In this document: piece by piece, positions 44,852-54,974 of the stretch
Position numbering within the stretch: the first letter of the stretch is position 1
Layout: the number at the start of each line of letters is the position of its first letter
Origin: an uncultured Agathobaculum sp.
GTDB lineage: Bacteria > Bacillota > Clostridia > Oscillospirales > Butyricicoccaceae
DNA length: 64,000 bases
Direction of reading: 5' to 3'
NCBI GenBank assembly: GCA_944380975.1
Contig: CALWJK010000002.1
Span: forward strand, 37,766 to 101,765
Made by a program: the position numbers and the translations under genes
The notes under the pieces: model-generated
Told to the model about the DNA's origin: nothing
Seen by the model: the letters and a program-made list of their open reading frames with translations, nothing else
Database searches by the model: none

Positions 44852-45217
44852 ATGGCAAAGATTTTGTTAGTAGATGATGCAGCTTTCATGCGAATGATGG
44901 TAAAGAACACGCTCAATGAGAACGGCTACACGGATACATATGAAGCCAGCGACGGTGCGGAAGCGGTCAATAAATATGCCGAGTTACAGCCGGATCTGGT
45001 CATCATGGATATCACGATGCCCAATATGGACGGTCTGGAGGCACTGAAGGCAATCCGCAAGGCAGACCCCAATGCGTCGGTCGTTATGTGCTCCGCAATG
45101 GGTCAGGAAGCAATGGTTATCGAGGCCATCAAATCCGGTGCAAAGGACTTCATTGTAAAGCCGTTTAAGCCGGACCGTATTATTAAGACTGTGAGCTCGA
45201 TCGTAGGACAGCCGTAA
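44852..45217 (+). CDS. cheY: Chemotaxis response regulator CheY
   Basis: ILLVDDAAFMR, DLVIMDITMPNMDG, MCSAMG and DFIVKPF. Confidence 0.95.
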   Translation: MAKILLVDDAAFMRMMVKNTLNENGYTDTYEASDGAEAVNKYAELQPDLVIMDITMPNMDGLEALKAIRKADPNASVVMCSAMGQEAMVIEAIKSGAKDFIVKPFKPDRIIKTVSSIVGQP

Positions 45218-45221
45218 AAGG

Positions 45222-45581
45222 ATGAAGTGGTTTTCTTTAATTGGCATGTGCCTGTGCGTTGCGGTGATTTTATATCTGGCGTATTGGGTTACGCGCCGCA
45301 TCGCAATGGGGAATATGGGTGGTGCCATCACATCCGGCGGCCATATGCGAATTTATGATCGTTTGCCGCTTGGGCAAAATAAGGCAGTGGTAGTAGCGCG
45401 AGTCGGGTTGCGCTGGCTCGTGCTGGGTGTTTCTGACGAAGAGATCACATTGCTTACCGAGTTGAGCGAAGAAGAATCGCGTATCTGGAGACAGACAAAA
45501 CAGGTGAGCAGCGAAGCTGCCGTACCGAAATTTTCGGACATTATCTCAGATGTGTTACGCAAGAAAAATGACAAGAAGTAG
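45222..45581 (+). CDS. fliO: Flagellar biosynthesis protein FliO/FliZ
   Basis: 119 aa with a single N-terminal TM. Sits immediately before fliP. Confidence 0.8.
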   Translation: MKWFSLIGMCLCVAVILYLAYWVTRRIAMGNMGGAITSGGHMRIYDRLPLGQNKAVVVARVGLRWLVLGVSDEEITLLTELSEEESRIWRQTKQVSSEAAVPKFSDIISDVLRKKNDKK

Positions 45582-45596
45582 GAAGGAGAGTGTTTC

Positions 45597-46262
45597 ATGC
45601 CGGATAGTCTGATCAATGTAAACGGCGACAGTGTGCAAACACTGGAAATACTTTTCCTGACTACTGTAATTGCACTGTTGCCGTCCATGCTGATCATGAT
45701 GACCTCGTTTACGAGAATCATCATTTCGCTTTCTTTTTTGCGGACGGCCATGGGAACGTCACAGAATCCACCCAATATGGTACTGATCGGCATTGCATTG
45801 TTTCTGACGCTGTTTATCATGAATCCGGTGCTGACAGAGATTCAGGAGACGGCATACGAGCCGTACACAAGGCAGGAAATCACACAGGAGGAAGCGATCG
45901 ATCGCGCATCGGTTCCTTTGAAGGAGTTCATGCTACGTAATACGGAGCCATCGTCGTTGACCTTATTCTGCGATTTAGCAGGTGTGGACGAGCCGGCAAC
46001 GGATGAGGAGGCTATGGCGCTTTCCATGCGTGTTATCATTCCGTCTTATATGACCAGCGAACTGAAGGCGGCATTCCAGATCGGCTTTTTCCTGTATATC
46101 CCATTCATGCTGATTGATATTGTGGTTTCTTCGACGTTGATGAGCATGGGCATGATTATGCTGCCGCCGGCGATGATATCCATGCCGTTTAAGCTCTTGT
46201 TGTTCATTACAGTGGATGGTTGGCAGCTTTTGTTCTCTACGCTGGCGCAGGGCTTCCGATAG
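45597..46262 (+). CDS. fliP: Flagellar export gate protein FliP
   Basis: SFTRIIISLSFLRTAMG, PNMVLIGIALFLT and GFFLYIPFMLIDIVVSS motifs. Confidence 0.96.
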   Translation: MPDSLINVNGDSVQTLEILFLTTVIALLPSMLIMMTSFTRIIISLSFLRTAMGTSQNPPNMVLIGIALFLTLFIMNPVLTEIQETAYEPYTRQEITQEEAIDRASVPLKEFMLRNTEPSSLTLFCDLAGVDEPATDEEAMALSMRVIIPSYMTSELKAAFQIGFFLYIPFMLIDIVVSSTLMSMGMIMLPPAMISMPFKLLLFITVDGWQLLFSTLAQGFR

Positions 46263-46283
46263 CACATGGGAGGAGGTTGAGCG

Positions 46284-46544
46284 TTGGATCAGAACCAGAT
46301 TATTGATATTTTACGGGAGGGGATATGGGTTGCGCTCAAAATTGGCGGGCCAATGCTGATTGCCAGTATGGCAGTTGGCGTGTTGGTGGCAATTTTTCAG
46401 GCTGCAACACAGATTCACGAACAAACGCTGTCTTTTATTCCCAAGCTTTTGTTGATCATCGCATTTCTCCTCCTTGCAGGCAGTTGGATGCTCAATACGA
46501 TGCAGGATTTTACAAGGATGATATTCACCCAAATGATTGCTTAG
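46284..46544 (+). CDS. fliQ: Flagellar export gate protein FliQ
   Basis: 86-aa two-TM protein containing FQAATQIHEQTLSFIPK. TTG start 7 nt after GGGAGGAGG. Confidence 0.93.
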   Translation: MDQNQIIDILREGIWVALKIGGPMLIASMAVGVLVAIFQAATQIHEQTLSFIPKLLLIIAFLLLAGSWMLNTMQDFTRMIFTQMIA

Positions 46545-46566
46545 AAGGAAGGGGACAGCGAGCGCA

Positions 46567-47343
46567 ATGATAGATGATGCACAATTGACGCTGTTCCTGT
46601 ATATTCTCATGCGCATGACCGGGTTTATGGTATTTAACCCGCTGTTGGGAGGGCGTTCGAATGTTCCGGGGCTGGTGAAAGCAGGGGCAAGCCTGATGCT
46701 GGCTGTGGCGGTCTATTCACTGACCGATCTGCCGTTGCCGGAAGTACCGACAACGGTGCTCGAGTTTGCCGTCCGATCGCTGCTGGAACTTGCGCTGGGC
46801 TATTTGGTCGCTTTGCTCGTCCACTTCTTTTTTTATGTGGTTTTGCAGGCTGGTCAAATGATTGATGCACAAATGGGTATGAATATGTCGGAGACGTATG
46901 ATCCCTCCATGGGAACCAATGTCTCCATGACGGGTACGCTGCTGAATATTATGATGGCGCTGCTATTTTTTGTGGCAGGCGGCCATATCACTCTGCTGCG
47001 TATTCTGTTAAATTCCGGACAGGTGATTCCATATGGATCTGCTTCGTTTGGCACGTCGGCATCTACCTACGTGTTGGAGATGTTTGCGTCCTGTGCTGTT
47101 CTGGCGATGAAATTGTGTTTGCCGATTCTGGCAGCTGAATTGATCGGCCAGTTGGGAATGGGTATTCTGATGAAAGTCATTCCTCAAATCAATGTTTTTG
47201 CAATCAATTTTGAACTGAAAATTATTCTGGGGCTGGTGATGGTGATTTTGCTTCTGCCGCTGATGGGCGAATTTGTCCTTGGGCTGGAAAAGCAGATGCT
47301 GGTCGCCATTGAACAGGCCGTGAAAGTAGTTGCAGGTGGTTAG
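46567..47343 (+). CDS. fliR: Flagellar export gate protein FliR
   Basis: Polytopic membrane protein after fliQ. ATG 46567 follows GAAGGAAGGGG. Confidence 0.92.
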   Translation: MIDDAQLTLFLYILMRMTGFMVFNPLLGGRSNVPGLVKAGASLMLAVAVYSLTDLPLPEVPTTVLEFAVRSLLELALGYLVALLVHFFFYVVLQAGQMIDAQMGMNMSETYDPSMGTNVSMTGTLLNIMMALLFFVAGGHITLLRILLNSGQVIPYGSASFGTSASTYVLEMFASCAVLAMKLCLPILAAELIGQLGMGILMKVIPQINVFAINFELKIILGLVMVILLLPLMGEFVLGLEKQMLVAIEQAVKVVAGG

Positions 47344-47368
47344 GTAGGCCCAAAGGGGGGAACCAAGC

Positions 47369-48445
47369 ATGCCGGGCGGAGCGGACGAAAAAACAGAAAA
47401 AGCCACACCAAAAAAGCGACGTGACGAGCGAAAAAAAGGTAACGTCATGATGAGTCAGGATGTCGTGGCGGTGGCAACGCTGTTTGCAAGCTACGCTGCG
47501 CTGCGCTTTGGGCTTTCGTTTATGGTGGATGCAATGACTGGAATCGTCCGTTATTGCATTGGTTTGGTCGGCAGTGTACCGACCGGCGGCGCGAGCGCCA
47601 TTGGAACTGAACTGAGCGCAAAGTCGGTTATGGCGTTGGCGCAGTCGGTTGCTATTCCATTGCTGGCGACAGTTTTGGCAGCTGTGGTTGCGACCTTTGC
47701 ACAAACCAGACTACTGGTTTCTTTTGAAACCATGAAACCAAAATTCAGCCGCATGAACCCATTGCAGGGTATCAAACGACTGTTTTCGCTGAAAAGTATC
47801 ATTGAATCGCTTAAAGGCGTGCTGAAGATCACCATCCTTTTGGTGTTGATTTATAAGTTTGTCAGCGGCTCGCTCTTGGTCTTTTCGCGCTATATGAGCA
47901 GTGACATCGGTGTTGCACTGGCTTCTATGCGTGATTTAGGCTTTAAGCTGATTTTGCAGGTCGGCGTCGCATTTCTGATCCTTTCTTTCTTTGATTATCT
48001 GTATCAATGGTGGGAGTTTGAACGACAACTCAAAATGTCCAAGCAGGAAATCAAAGAAGAATATAAGCAAACCGAAGGCGATCCGAAAATTAAGGGTAAA
48101 ATTAAAGAAGCGCAGCGTAAAATGGCGCAGTCCCGCATGATGCAGGCTGTTCCGGGCGCGGATGTCGTCATCCGTAACCCGACGCACTTTGCGGTTGCGC
48201 TTCGCTATAAACCGGGGCAGGATGCCGCGCCGGTCGTGGTGGCTAAGGGTCAGGATGAGTTGGCGCTCCGTATCGTTGCGGTGGCGGAAGAGCATGGCGT
48301 TTCTGTAGTGGAAAACAAGCCGTTGGCACGTGCGCTGTATGCTGCTGCAGACATCGGTCAGATGATTCCGGCCGAGCAATACGGCCCGGTGGCTGAAATT
48401 CTTGTTTATGTTTATAAACTCAATAAGCGGAGTTTACCGCAGTAA
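47369..48445 (+). CDS. flhB: Flagellar export switch protein FlhB
   Basis: EKTEKATPKKRRDERKKG N terminus and the NPTH autocleavage motif (VIRNPTHFAVAL). Confidence 0.96.
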   Translation: MPGGADEKTEKATPKKRRDERKKGNVMMSQDVVAVATLFASYAALRFGLSFMVDAMTGIVRYCIGLVGSVPTGGASAIGTELSAKSVMALAQSVAIPLLATVLAAVVATFAQTRLLVSFETMKPKFSRMNPLQGIKRLFSLKSIIESLKGVLKITILLVLIYKFVSGSLLVFSRYMSSDIGVALASMRDLGFKLILQVGVAFLILSFFDYLYQWWEFERQLKMSKQEIKEEYKQTEGDPKIKGKIKEAQRKMAQSRMMQAVPGADVVIRNPTHFAVALRYKPGQDAAPVVVAKGQDELALRIVAVAEEHGVSVVENKPLARALYAAADIGQMIPAEQYGPVAEILVYVYKLNKRSLPQ

Positions 48446-48475
48446 TGTTGAAACTGGTATAGAAATGGTGGAGTT

Positions 48476-50551
48476 ATGAAGCGACTTTTTGACAACGTAA
48501 TATCGGTGTTTGTCGTGGTCATCGTATTGTTCTTGTTGATCCCTCTGCCGCCGTTTCTGTTGGATGTATTTTTTATCATCAATATCTCTCTGGCGCTGAT
48601 TATTCTGCTGATTACCATGAATACTCATGAGCCGTTGGAGTTTTCGATTTTCCCATCGCTGCTGCTGATTACCACGCTGTTCCGGTTGGGACTGAACGTA
48701 TCTTCCACTCGTCTGATTCTTTCCAATGGCGGTGAGGCAGGACAGGTCATCAAGGTTTTCGGTGAATTTGTTATTCAAGGCAATGTGGTCATCGGTGTCA
48801 TCATCTTCCTGATCATCGTTTTGATGCAGTTCATCGTTATCACCAAGGGCGCGGAGCGCGTTGCTGAGGTAGCAGCTCGCTTTACGCTGGATTCGATGCC
48901 CGGCAAGCAGATGGCGATTGACGCGGATTTGTCGTCCGGCCTGATCAATGAGCAGGAAGCAAAGCTGAGACGATACAAGGTGCAGCGCGAAGCGGACTTC
49001 TACGGCGCAATGGACGGTGCTACCAAGATCGTCAAGGGCGACGCGATCATGTCTATCATCATCACGTCGATCAACTTTATCGCCGGCTCCATTATTGGTA
49101 TTGTTCAGTCTGGTATGGAGCTGAGCGAAGTACTCAGCGTTTATTCGATTGCAACGATCGGTGACGGTCTGGCTTCCCAGTTGCCGGCGCTGATGATTTC
49201 CACGGCAACCGGTATGATCGTCACCCGTGCGGTTTCTGAGGGCAGCTTGAACAACGACGTGATCAAGCAGTTCCTTGCGCAGCCGCAGTCTTTGATGATT
49301 GCCGGTTTGATTCTGGCTGTGTTTGCGATTTTCCCTGGCACGCCTCATATCCAGTTGATTCTGATTGCAGCGGCGCTGATTCTGGTCAGCCGTCGTGTGG
49401 CGCATCAAATGGAGGCGTTGCAGAAAGAGAAGGAAGAATTGCCTGCGGCGCAGGAGGCTGCCCGAAAACAGGCAGAAGCGCAGCAAAGCGAAATGGATTA
49501 TTACAAGGATGTCAACAATATCTATTCGCTGATCAATGTTGAACCAATTGAGATGGAATTTGGTTACAGCCTGATTCCTTTGGTGGATGAGTCGCGCGGC
49601 GGTAAGCTCATCAGCCGAATTGTTATTTTCCGCCGGCAATATGCGCAGGATATGGGCTTTGTGGTGCCGTCGATTCGTCTGCGCGATGCGTCTATGCTGG
49701 GCACCAACCAATATGTCATCAAGATCAAGGGTGAAGAAGTGGCCCGCGGCGAAATTCTGCTGGATTATTATCTTGCCTTGGAGCCTGCGAATCCGGCGGG
49801 CGAAATTGAGGGCATTGAAACGATTGAGCCAGCATACGGCATTCCGTCTCGTTGGATTTTGCCGGAAAACAAGGAAATGGCCGAGATTTATGGCTATACG
49901 GTCATTGATCCCTTGTCCGTTATGCTGACACACCTGTCTGAGACGGTTAAAAAGCACACCTATGAGCTGCTCAACCGTGCAGAGACCATTCAGCTGGTGG
50001 AGAATCTCAAGCGTTCTGCGCCGCAGCTGGTGGAAGAAGCCTTTCCAGGTGTGGTGTCCTATGCTATGCTGGAGAAGATTCTTTGCAATCTGCTGAAGGA
50101 AGGCATCCCGATCAAGGATATGGGAACGATTGTGGAGACCACGGTCGATGCCTTGGCCATCACCCGCGATGTCGATTTGATTACAGAGAGCGTGCGTGCG
50201 CAGCTCAAGCGTACCATCACGCACCGGTTCTGTGAGGACGGTCGTCTCAGCGTCATCACGCTGGACGCAGAAGTAGAGAAAAAGATTGTTGCCAGCCTGA
50301 CCAAAAACGATCAGGGTGTATACCTTGCGTTGGGACCGGATCTGATGCAGAAGCTGCTGTCACAGCTCAACGAGCACATCAAAAAGTTCTCGGAGTTGTC
50401 ACAAAAGCCGATTCTGCTCACCAGCCATATCATCCGGATCTATTTGAGCCGTTTGCTGGAGCAGTTCTATCCGGATCTTACCGTACTGTCTTTTAATGAG
50501 GTGATTACGAGCGTACAGATACAGGCGCTGGGCAATATCACACTTTCGTAA
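48476..50551 (+). CDS. flhA: Flagellar export gate protein FlhA
   Basis: 691 aa. Contains the conserved FHIPEP-region sequence EVAARFTLDSMPGKQMAIDADL. Confidence 0.97.
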   Translation: MKRLFDNVISVFVVVIVLFLLIPLPPFLLDVFFIINISLALIILLITMNTHEPLEFSIFPSLLLITTLFRLGLNVSSTRLILSNGGEAGQVIKVFGEFVIQGNVVIGVIIFLIIVLMQFIVITKGAERVAEVAARFTLDSMPGKQMAIDADLSSGLINEQEAKLRRYKVQREADFYGAMDGATKIVKGDAIMSIIITSINFIAGSIIGIVQSGMELSEVLSVYSIATIGDGLASQLPALMISTATGMIVTRAVSEGSLNNDVIKQFLAQPQSLMIAGLILAVFAIFPGTPHIQLILIAAALILVSRRVAHQMEALQKEKEELPAAQEAARKQAEAQQSEMDYYKDVNNIYSLINVEPIEMEFGYSLIPLVDESRGGKLISRIVIFRRQYAQDMGFVVPSIRLRDASMLGTNQYVIKIKGEEVARGEILLDYYLALEPANPAGEIEGIETIEPAYGIPSRWILPENKEMAEIYGYTVIDPLSVMLTHLSETVKKHTYELLNRAETIQLVENLKRSAPQLVEEAFPGVVSYAMLEKILCNLLKEGIPIKDMGTIVETTVDALAITRDVDLITESVRAQLKRTITHRFCEDGRLSVITLDAEVEKKIVASLTKNDQGVYLALGPDLMQKLLSQLNEHIKKFSELSQKPILLTSHIIRIYLSRLLEQFYPDLTVLSFNEVITSVQIQALGNITLS

Positions 50552-50581
50552 GTTTTGATTTAAGATTAGGGGGGAAACGCC

Positions 50582-51364
50582 TTGGGATCACAAAATGATT
50601 GGGAGCAGATGACGAATGAGGCGCTTCTCGAAGAATATAAGCAAACCGGAGACCCTGAACTGAAGAAGGTCCTCGTGATGCGGTATTCCTATCTTGTAAA
50701 AAATGTAGCATTGAAGCTGAGAGGGGTTTATTTAAGCTTCGCTCAGGTCGATGATATGATTAATGAGGGAATTATTCTGCTGATGGGCGCGCTGGATAAA
50801 TTTGACCTGAGCCAGAATGTCAAGTTTGAAACCTACGTTTCCAAACGCCTGCGCGGCATGATTATTGACTTGGCGCGCCGTCAGGATTGGCTGCCGCGGT
50901 CGGTTCGGAAGCGTATGCGTGAAATTGATACGGCGAGCAGCGAATTGTTTTCTCAGCTGGGCCGTGCGCCAACCGATAAGGAAATTGCCGACCATATGGG
51001 ACTGAGCGAGGCGCGCTATCAGGAGGAACTGGCAAAGACGGCGCTCTGCAATGTGTTGTCGCTCGACATGCTGTTGGACGAACGGGATTCCGATGTTCCG
51101 GCAAAGCACCTGCCGCAATCGGATGCGGATGCGCAGCCAGAGGAGAATTATCAAAAAAAAGAGCTGTATGAAGAGCTAAAACGAAGCATCAGTGAACTGC
51201 GTGAAAAGGAACAGATGGTTTTGTCCTTGTATTATCAAAAATCTTTTCAGATGAAGGAAATTGCGCAGGTGCTCGGTGTGAGCGAACCGCGCGTATCACA
51301 GATACATTCCAATGCGATCCGCAAGCTGCGAATCTCAATGCAAAAATATATATACGGTACATAA
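50582..51364 (+). CDS. fliA: Flagellar sigma factor sigma-28 (FliA/SigD)
   Basis: Region 2 (DDMINEGIILLMGALDKFD), region 3, and region 4 HTH (MKEIAQVLGVSEPRVSQIHSNAIRKLR). TTG start after AGGGGGG. Confidence 0.93.
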   Translation: MGSQNDWEQMTNEALLEEYKQTGDPELKKVLVMRYSYLVKNVALKLRGVYLSFAQVDDMINEGIILLMGALDKFDLSQNVKFETYVSKRLRGMIIDLARRQDWLPRSVRKRMREIDTASSELFSQLGRAPTDKEIADHMGLSEARYQEELAKTALCNVLSLDMLLDERDSDVPAKHLPQSDADAQPEENYQKKELYEELKRSISELREKEQMVLSLYYQKSFQMKEIAQVLGVSEPRVSQIHSNAIRKLRISMQKYIYGT

Positions 51365-51382
51365 GCAGAGGAGATTGAGGAT

Positions 51383-52138
51383 ATGTTTAAAGGGTTCTAT
51401 GATTTGAGTTCCGCCATGTTGACCCAGACCAGAAATCTGGATGTTGTGGGCAACAATATGAGCAACACGGCAACGGTGGGTTATAAGGCGGACCGTTATG
51501 CGGATACGACCTTTGATGAAGTGATGCGCAGCCAGATCGGCAACAAGCAGAAGAATCCGCAGGAGCTTGGTACGACCACCAGCTACATCACTGCATTGGA
51601 TGAGGTATATACTGACCATTCTCAGGGGGCTTTGCAATCGACAGGATTGCCTTTGGATTTCGGCCTGGAAGGGGATGGCTATTTTGCCGTTCAGACGAAT
51701 GCAGGACGGATCTATACCCGTAATGGCTCGTTCATGCTCGACGATCAGGGATATCTGGCTTTGGCAGGACAGGGCCGCGTACTCGGACGCAACGGTGAGC
51801 AAATTTATCTGGGAACGGATAAAATCAATGCTGCGGCAGATGGAACCATTTCTACGGAAGATGGGCAGGTGCTTGGCCAGCTTGGCGTATTCACCTTTGC
51901 CAACCCTGCGCAGGATTTGGAAAAGACCGGCGAGGGGATGTTCACCGCAGCCGGACAGCCGCAGCTGGCGAATGGCACGGTGGTGCATCACCGGATGGTG
52001 GAGCGCGCCAATACCGATCTGGTGCAGCAAATGACGGAAATGATCACCTGCCAGCGTGCGCTGCAAAGTGCATCTCAGTTGAGCAAGATGTACGATCAGA
52101 TCATGTCAAAGACAGCGACCGAGTTGGGCCGCGTATAA
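51383..52138 (+). CDS. flgF: Flagellar rod protein, FlgF/FlgG family (FlhO-like)
   Basis: N terminus TQTRNLDVVGNNMSNTATVGYK. C terminus VERANTDLVQQMTEMITCQRALQS. Confidence 0.85.
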   Translation: MFKGFYDLSSAMLTQTRNLDVVGNNMSNTATVGYKADRYADTTFDEVMRSQIGNKQKNPQELGTTTSYITALDEVYTDHSQGALQSTGLPLDFGLEGDGYFAVQTNAGRIYTRNGSFMLDDQGYLALAGQGRVLGRNGEQIYLGTDKINAAADGTISTEDGQVLGQLGVFTFANPAQDLEKTGEGMFTAAGQPQLANGTVVHHRMVERANTDLVQQMTEMITCQRALQSASQLSKMYDQIMSKTATELGRV

Positions 52139-52160
52139 TGGGGGAAAGGAGTCAATCCAG

Positions 52161-52880
52161 ATGAACCAATCTTTCTATGCCGCGGCGGTTGCGGCCTCGC
52201 AGCAGCAGCAGCGGCTGAATGTGACGGCGAATAACTTGGCAAATGTCAATACGGTAGGTTTTAAGTCGGAGCAGGCGAACTTTTCGGATTTGCTGTACCG
52301 CAACTGGACCGGACCGGACAACGCGCAGCTTCCTCGCGGTTCTGGCAGCCGGATGATCCAGACAACGACTGATTTTGCAGAGGGCGCGATGATGGATCGG
52401 CAGGGCGGTCAGAATTACGCCATCAACGGCAGCGGCTTTTTTGCACTGCTGAATCCGCAAACGGGGGAGATCAGCTACAGCCGTGCGGGCAATTTCCATT
52501 GGGGCAGCGTGACACAGGGTGGTCTGGAGACCTTTTACCTCTGCGATCCCGATGGATATTATGTGCTCGATCAGAATCAGCAGCCGATTGCGCTGGGAGA
52601 GGATGCCGAAGCCGATTATCCGGTTGGTGTGTTTGACTTTGCCAATACGGATAATATGCAGCATTTGGGCAGCAATCGCTTTGCGCCGGTGGCCAAGAAT
52701 GGCCCGGTGATGCAGGGAGAGGGCAGAGCGATTCACGGCATGCTGGAAGCATCCAATGCGGATGTCGGTACGGAATTTGTCAAGGTGATTGAGGCACAGC
52801 GTTCGTTTACTTATGCGCTGAAGATGGTTCAGACGCAGGATGAAATCGAGTCAACGATCAATGGCTTGCGGAACGGTTAA
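52161..52880 (+). CDS. flgG: Flagellar distal rod protein, FlgG family (FlhP-like)
   Basis: N terminus QQRLNVTANNLANVNTVGFK. C terminus LEASNADVGTEFVKVIEAQRSFTYALKMV. Confidence 0.88.
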   Translation: MNQSFYAAAVAASQQQQRLNVTANNLANVNTVGFKSEQANFSDLLYRNWTGPDNAQLPRGSGSRMIQTTTDFAEGAMMDRQGGQNYAINGSGFFALLNPQTGEISYSRAGNFHWGSVTQGGLETFYLCDPDGYYVLDQNQQPIALGEDAEADYPVGVFDFANTDNMQHLGSNRFAPVAKNGPVMQGEGRAIHGMLEASNADVGTEFVKVIEAQRSFTYALKMVQTQDEIESTINGLRNG

Positions 52881-52897
52881 AGGAAGTGTGGTAGTTC

Positions 52898-53518
52898 GTG
52901 TTAAAAAAGTATGAGGAGATGAATTCCCTACAAATTGACGCGCTGCGTGAAATAGGCAGTATCGGTACAGGCAACGCAGCAACATCGTTGTCGAGCTTAC
53001 TGGGAATTGAAGTGCGTATCCCTCTCCCAGAGGTTCAAATTCTGGAATTTAACGACGCAGTTGAAAAGCTTGGTGGTTTTGAAACGATTGCCGCGGGTAT
53101 CATTTCCGATTTGCGTGGCGAGATCAACGGCCTGATGCTGGCGCTTTTTCAGCTCGATGCAATCAATCTTCTGCTGGGGCGCACCATGGGCAAGCAGATC
53201 AAGGATTACGACGAACTGACGGAGATCGAAAATTCTGCTGTGATTGAGATTGGAAATATTTTGATTTCGTCGTTTATCAATGCGCTGTCCGGACTGTCGG
53301 GCGTTCGCATTACGCCTTCGGTGCCGCAGTTGTCGATCGACATGCAGGGCGCTATTATTACGGTGCCGATGGCGGCATATGGCAACCAGTCGGATTATAT
53401 TATGCTGATTGGCGGCAGCTTTTTGGTGGAAGGAAAAGAGGTGCCGTGCAGGTTGCTGCTCGCACCTGATATGCGGTCCCTGAACTATCTGTTAAATAAA
53501 TTGGGGATATGTGAATGA
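52898..53518 (+). CDS. cheC: CheY-P phosphatase CheC
   Basis: The first site, DALREIGS...P, has N replaced by S. The second site, SAVIEIGN-X22-P, is intact. Followed by cheD. Confidence 0.88.
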   Translation: MLKKYEEMNSLQIDALREIGSIGTGNAATSLSSLLGIEVRIPLPEVQILEFNDAVEKLGGFETIAAGIISDLRGEINGLMLALFQLDAINLLLGRTMGKQIKDYDELTEIENSAVIEIGNILISSFINALSGLSGVRITPSVPQLSIDMQGAIITVPMAAYGNQSDYIMLIGGSFLVEGKEVPCRLLLAPDMRSLNYLLNKLGICE

Positions 53519-53994
53519 ATAAGCTGACTATTGGCATTGCGGATATGAAAATGGCCAGGGGCGAAGGGGTTCTGATCACTTACGCGTTGGGGTCGTGCAT
53601 CGGCATCTGCCTTTATGATCCCGTCATTCGTTTGGGCGCATTGGTTCATATCATGCTGCCGATCAATATGGAGACCAATCGGACTTCTCCACTCAAATAC
53701 GCAGACACAGGTATTCGCACGACACTGAGCAAAATGGAGCAAATGGGGGCACGGCGCTCTCGTATCGTGGCAAAGATCGCGGGCGGCGCTAAAATGTTTG
53801 ATGTTGCCGGAAATGGCAGCCTGGGCAATATCGGACAGCGAAACATTGACAGTGTGCATCATGTGCTGCAGCAGGAGCGTATTCGGCTTCTGTGCGAGGA
53901 TGTTGGCGGCTCCACTGCGCGCACCCTTTTGTTTGATGTTGCCACGGGAGAAGGCTGTATCAAAATATATGGCAAGGCGGAGCGTATTCTTTGA
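53515..53994 (+). CDS. cheD: Chemoreceptor glutamine deamidase CheD
   Basis: LITYALGSCIGICLYD (catalytic Cys), LVHIMLP and AKIAGGAKMF. Confidence 0.93.
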   Translation: MNKLTIGIADMKMARGEGVLITYALGSCIGICLYDPVIRLGALVHIMLPINMETNRTSPLKYADTGIRTTLSKMEQMGARRSRIVAKIAGGAKMFDVAGNGSLGNIGQRNIDSVHHVLQQERIRLLCEDVGGSTARTLLFDVATGEGCIKIYGKAERIL

Positions 53995-54018
53995 TAGAAT
54001 TGAGAAGGAGTGAGAGAA

Positions 54019-54954
54019 ATGCAGGAAAATGAACGCGGTAAAATCTTGCTGGAATCCGGTACGAACGAGATCGAGATCATGCAGTTTACGATTGATGATA
54101 ACTTGTATGGTATCAATGTGGCAAAGGTAAGGGAGATCATGATGAGCGCTCCCGTCAAGTCGATGCCGCATGCGCATCCTGCGGTCGAGGGCATCTTCAA
54201 GCCCCGCGATACGGTTCTGACGGTGGTCGATCTGCCGTATTACCTGACGGGTAAGCGGTCTGAGCCGGATCCAAAGCATTTGTTTATCGTAACCAATTTC
54301 AATAAAATGTACATTGCCTTCCGCGTGCATACGGTGGTTGGTATCAGCCGTATTTCGTGGACCGCGATCCAAAAGCCGGATAAGACCATTTCCGGCGGGG
54401 AAGAGGGCGTGGCAACCGGCATTGCGCAGTGTGATGACCAGCTGGTAACCGTGCTGGATTTTGAAAAGATCGTGGCGGAAATTGCGCCGGAAACCACCAT
54501 CCAGATGAAGGAAATCGAGAGAATGGGCAACCGCGTTGACCGGGATTGCCCCATCCTGATCGCAGAAGATTCGATTTTGCTTTCGCGCATGATTCAGGAA
54601 GCGCTGAATAAGGCGGGATATACGAATTTGACCATGTTTGCCAATGGACAGGAGCTTTGGGATTATATCAGCCCGTTGGCAAAGGAGCCGGATTCGCTTT
54701 CGAAGAAGGTCGCGATGGTTATTACGGATATCGAAATGCCGAGCATGGATGGACATCGCCTTACTAGGCTGATTAAGTCGGATAATGTGCTGAAACAGGT
54801 GCCGGTCATTATCTTCTCTTCGCTTGTCACGGAGGAAATGAGAATCAAAGGCAAGCAGCTCGGTGCAGATGAGCAGTTGTCCAAACCGGAAATCGGTCAT
54901 TTGGTGGACGTGATGGATGGGCTGCTGGAGCGTCGAGGCAATAGCACGAATTGA
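54019..54954 (+). CDS. cheV: Chemotaxis coupling protein CheV (CheW-like plus receiver domains)
   Basis: N-terminal CheW-like domain (LYGINVAKVREI) and a C-terminal receiver (ILIAEDS, VITDIEMPSMDG, SKP). Confidence 0.9.
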   Translation: MQENERGKILLESGTNEIEIMQFTIDDNLYGINVAKVREIMMSAPVKSMPHAHPAVEGIFKPRDTVLTVVDLPYYLTGKRSEPDPKHLFIVTNFNKMYIAFRVHTVVGISRISWTAIQKPDKTISGGEEGVATGIAQCDDQLVTVLDFEKIVAEIAPETTIQMKEIERMGNRVDRDCPILIAEDSILLSRMIQEALNKAGYTNLTMFANGQELWDYISPLAKEPDSLSKKVAMVITDIEMPSMDGHRLTRLIKSDNVLKQVPVIIFSSLVTEEMRIKGKQLGADEQLSKPEIGHLVDVMDGLLERRGNSTN

Positions 54955-54974
54955 GGAAAACGGGGGCGGCAACC

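Noticed and set aside
48434-50224. 596-aa - strand ORF.
   Set aside because: It is an antisense shadow of flhA.
53485-54972. 495-aa - strand ORF.
   Set aside because: It is an antisense shadow of cheD and cheV.
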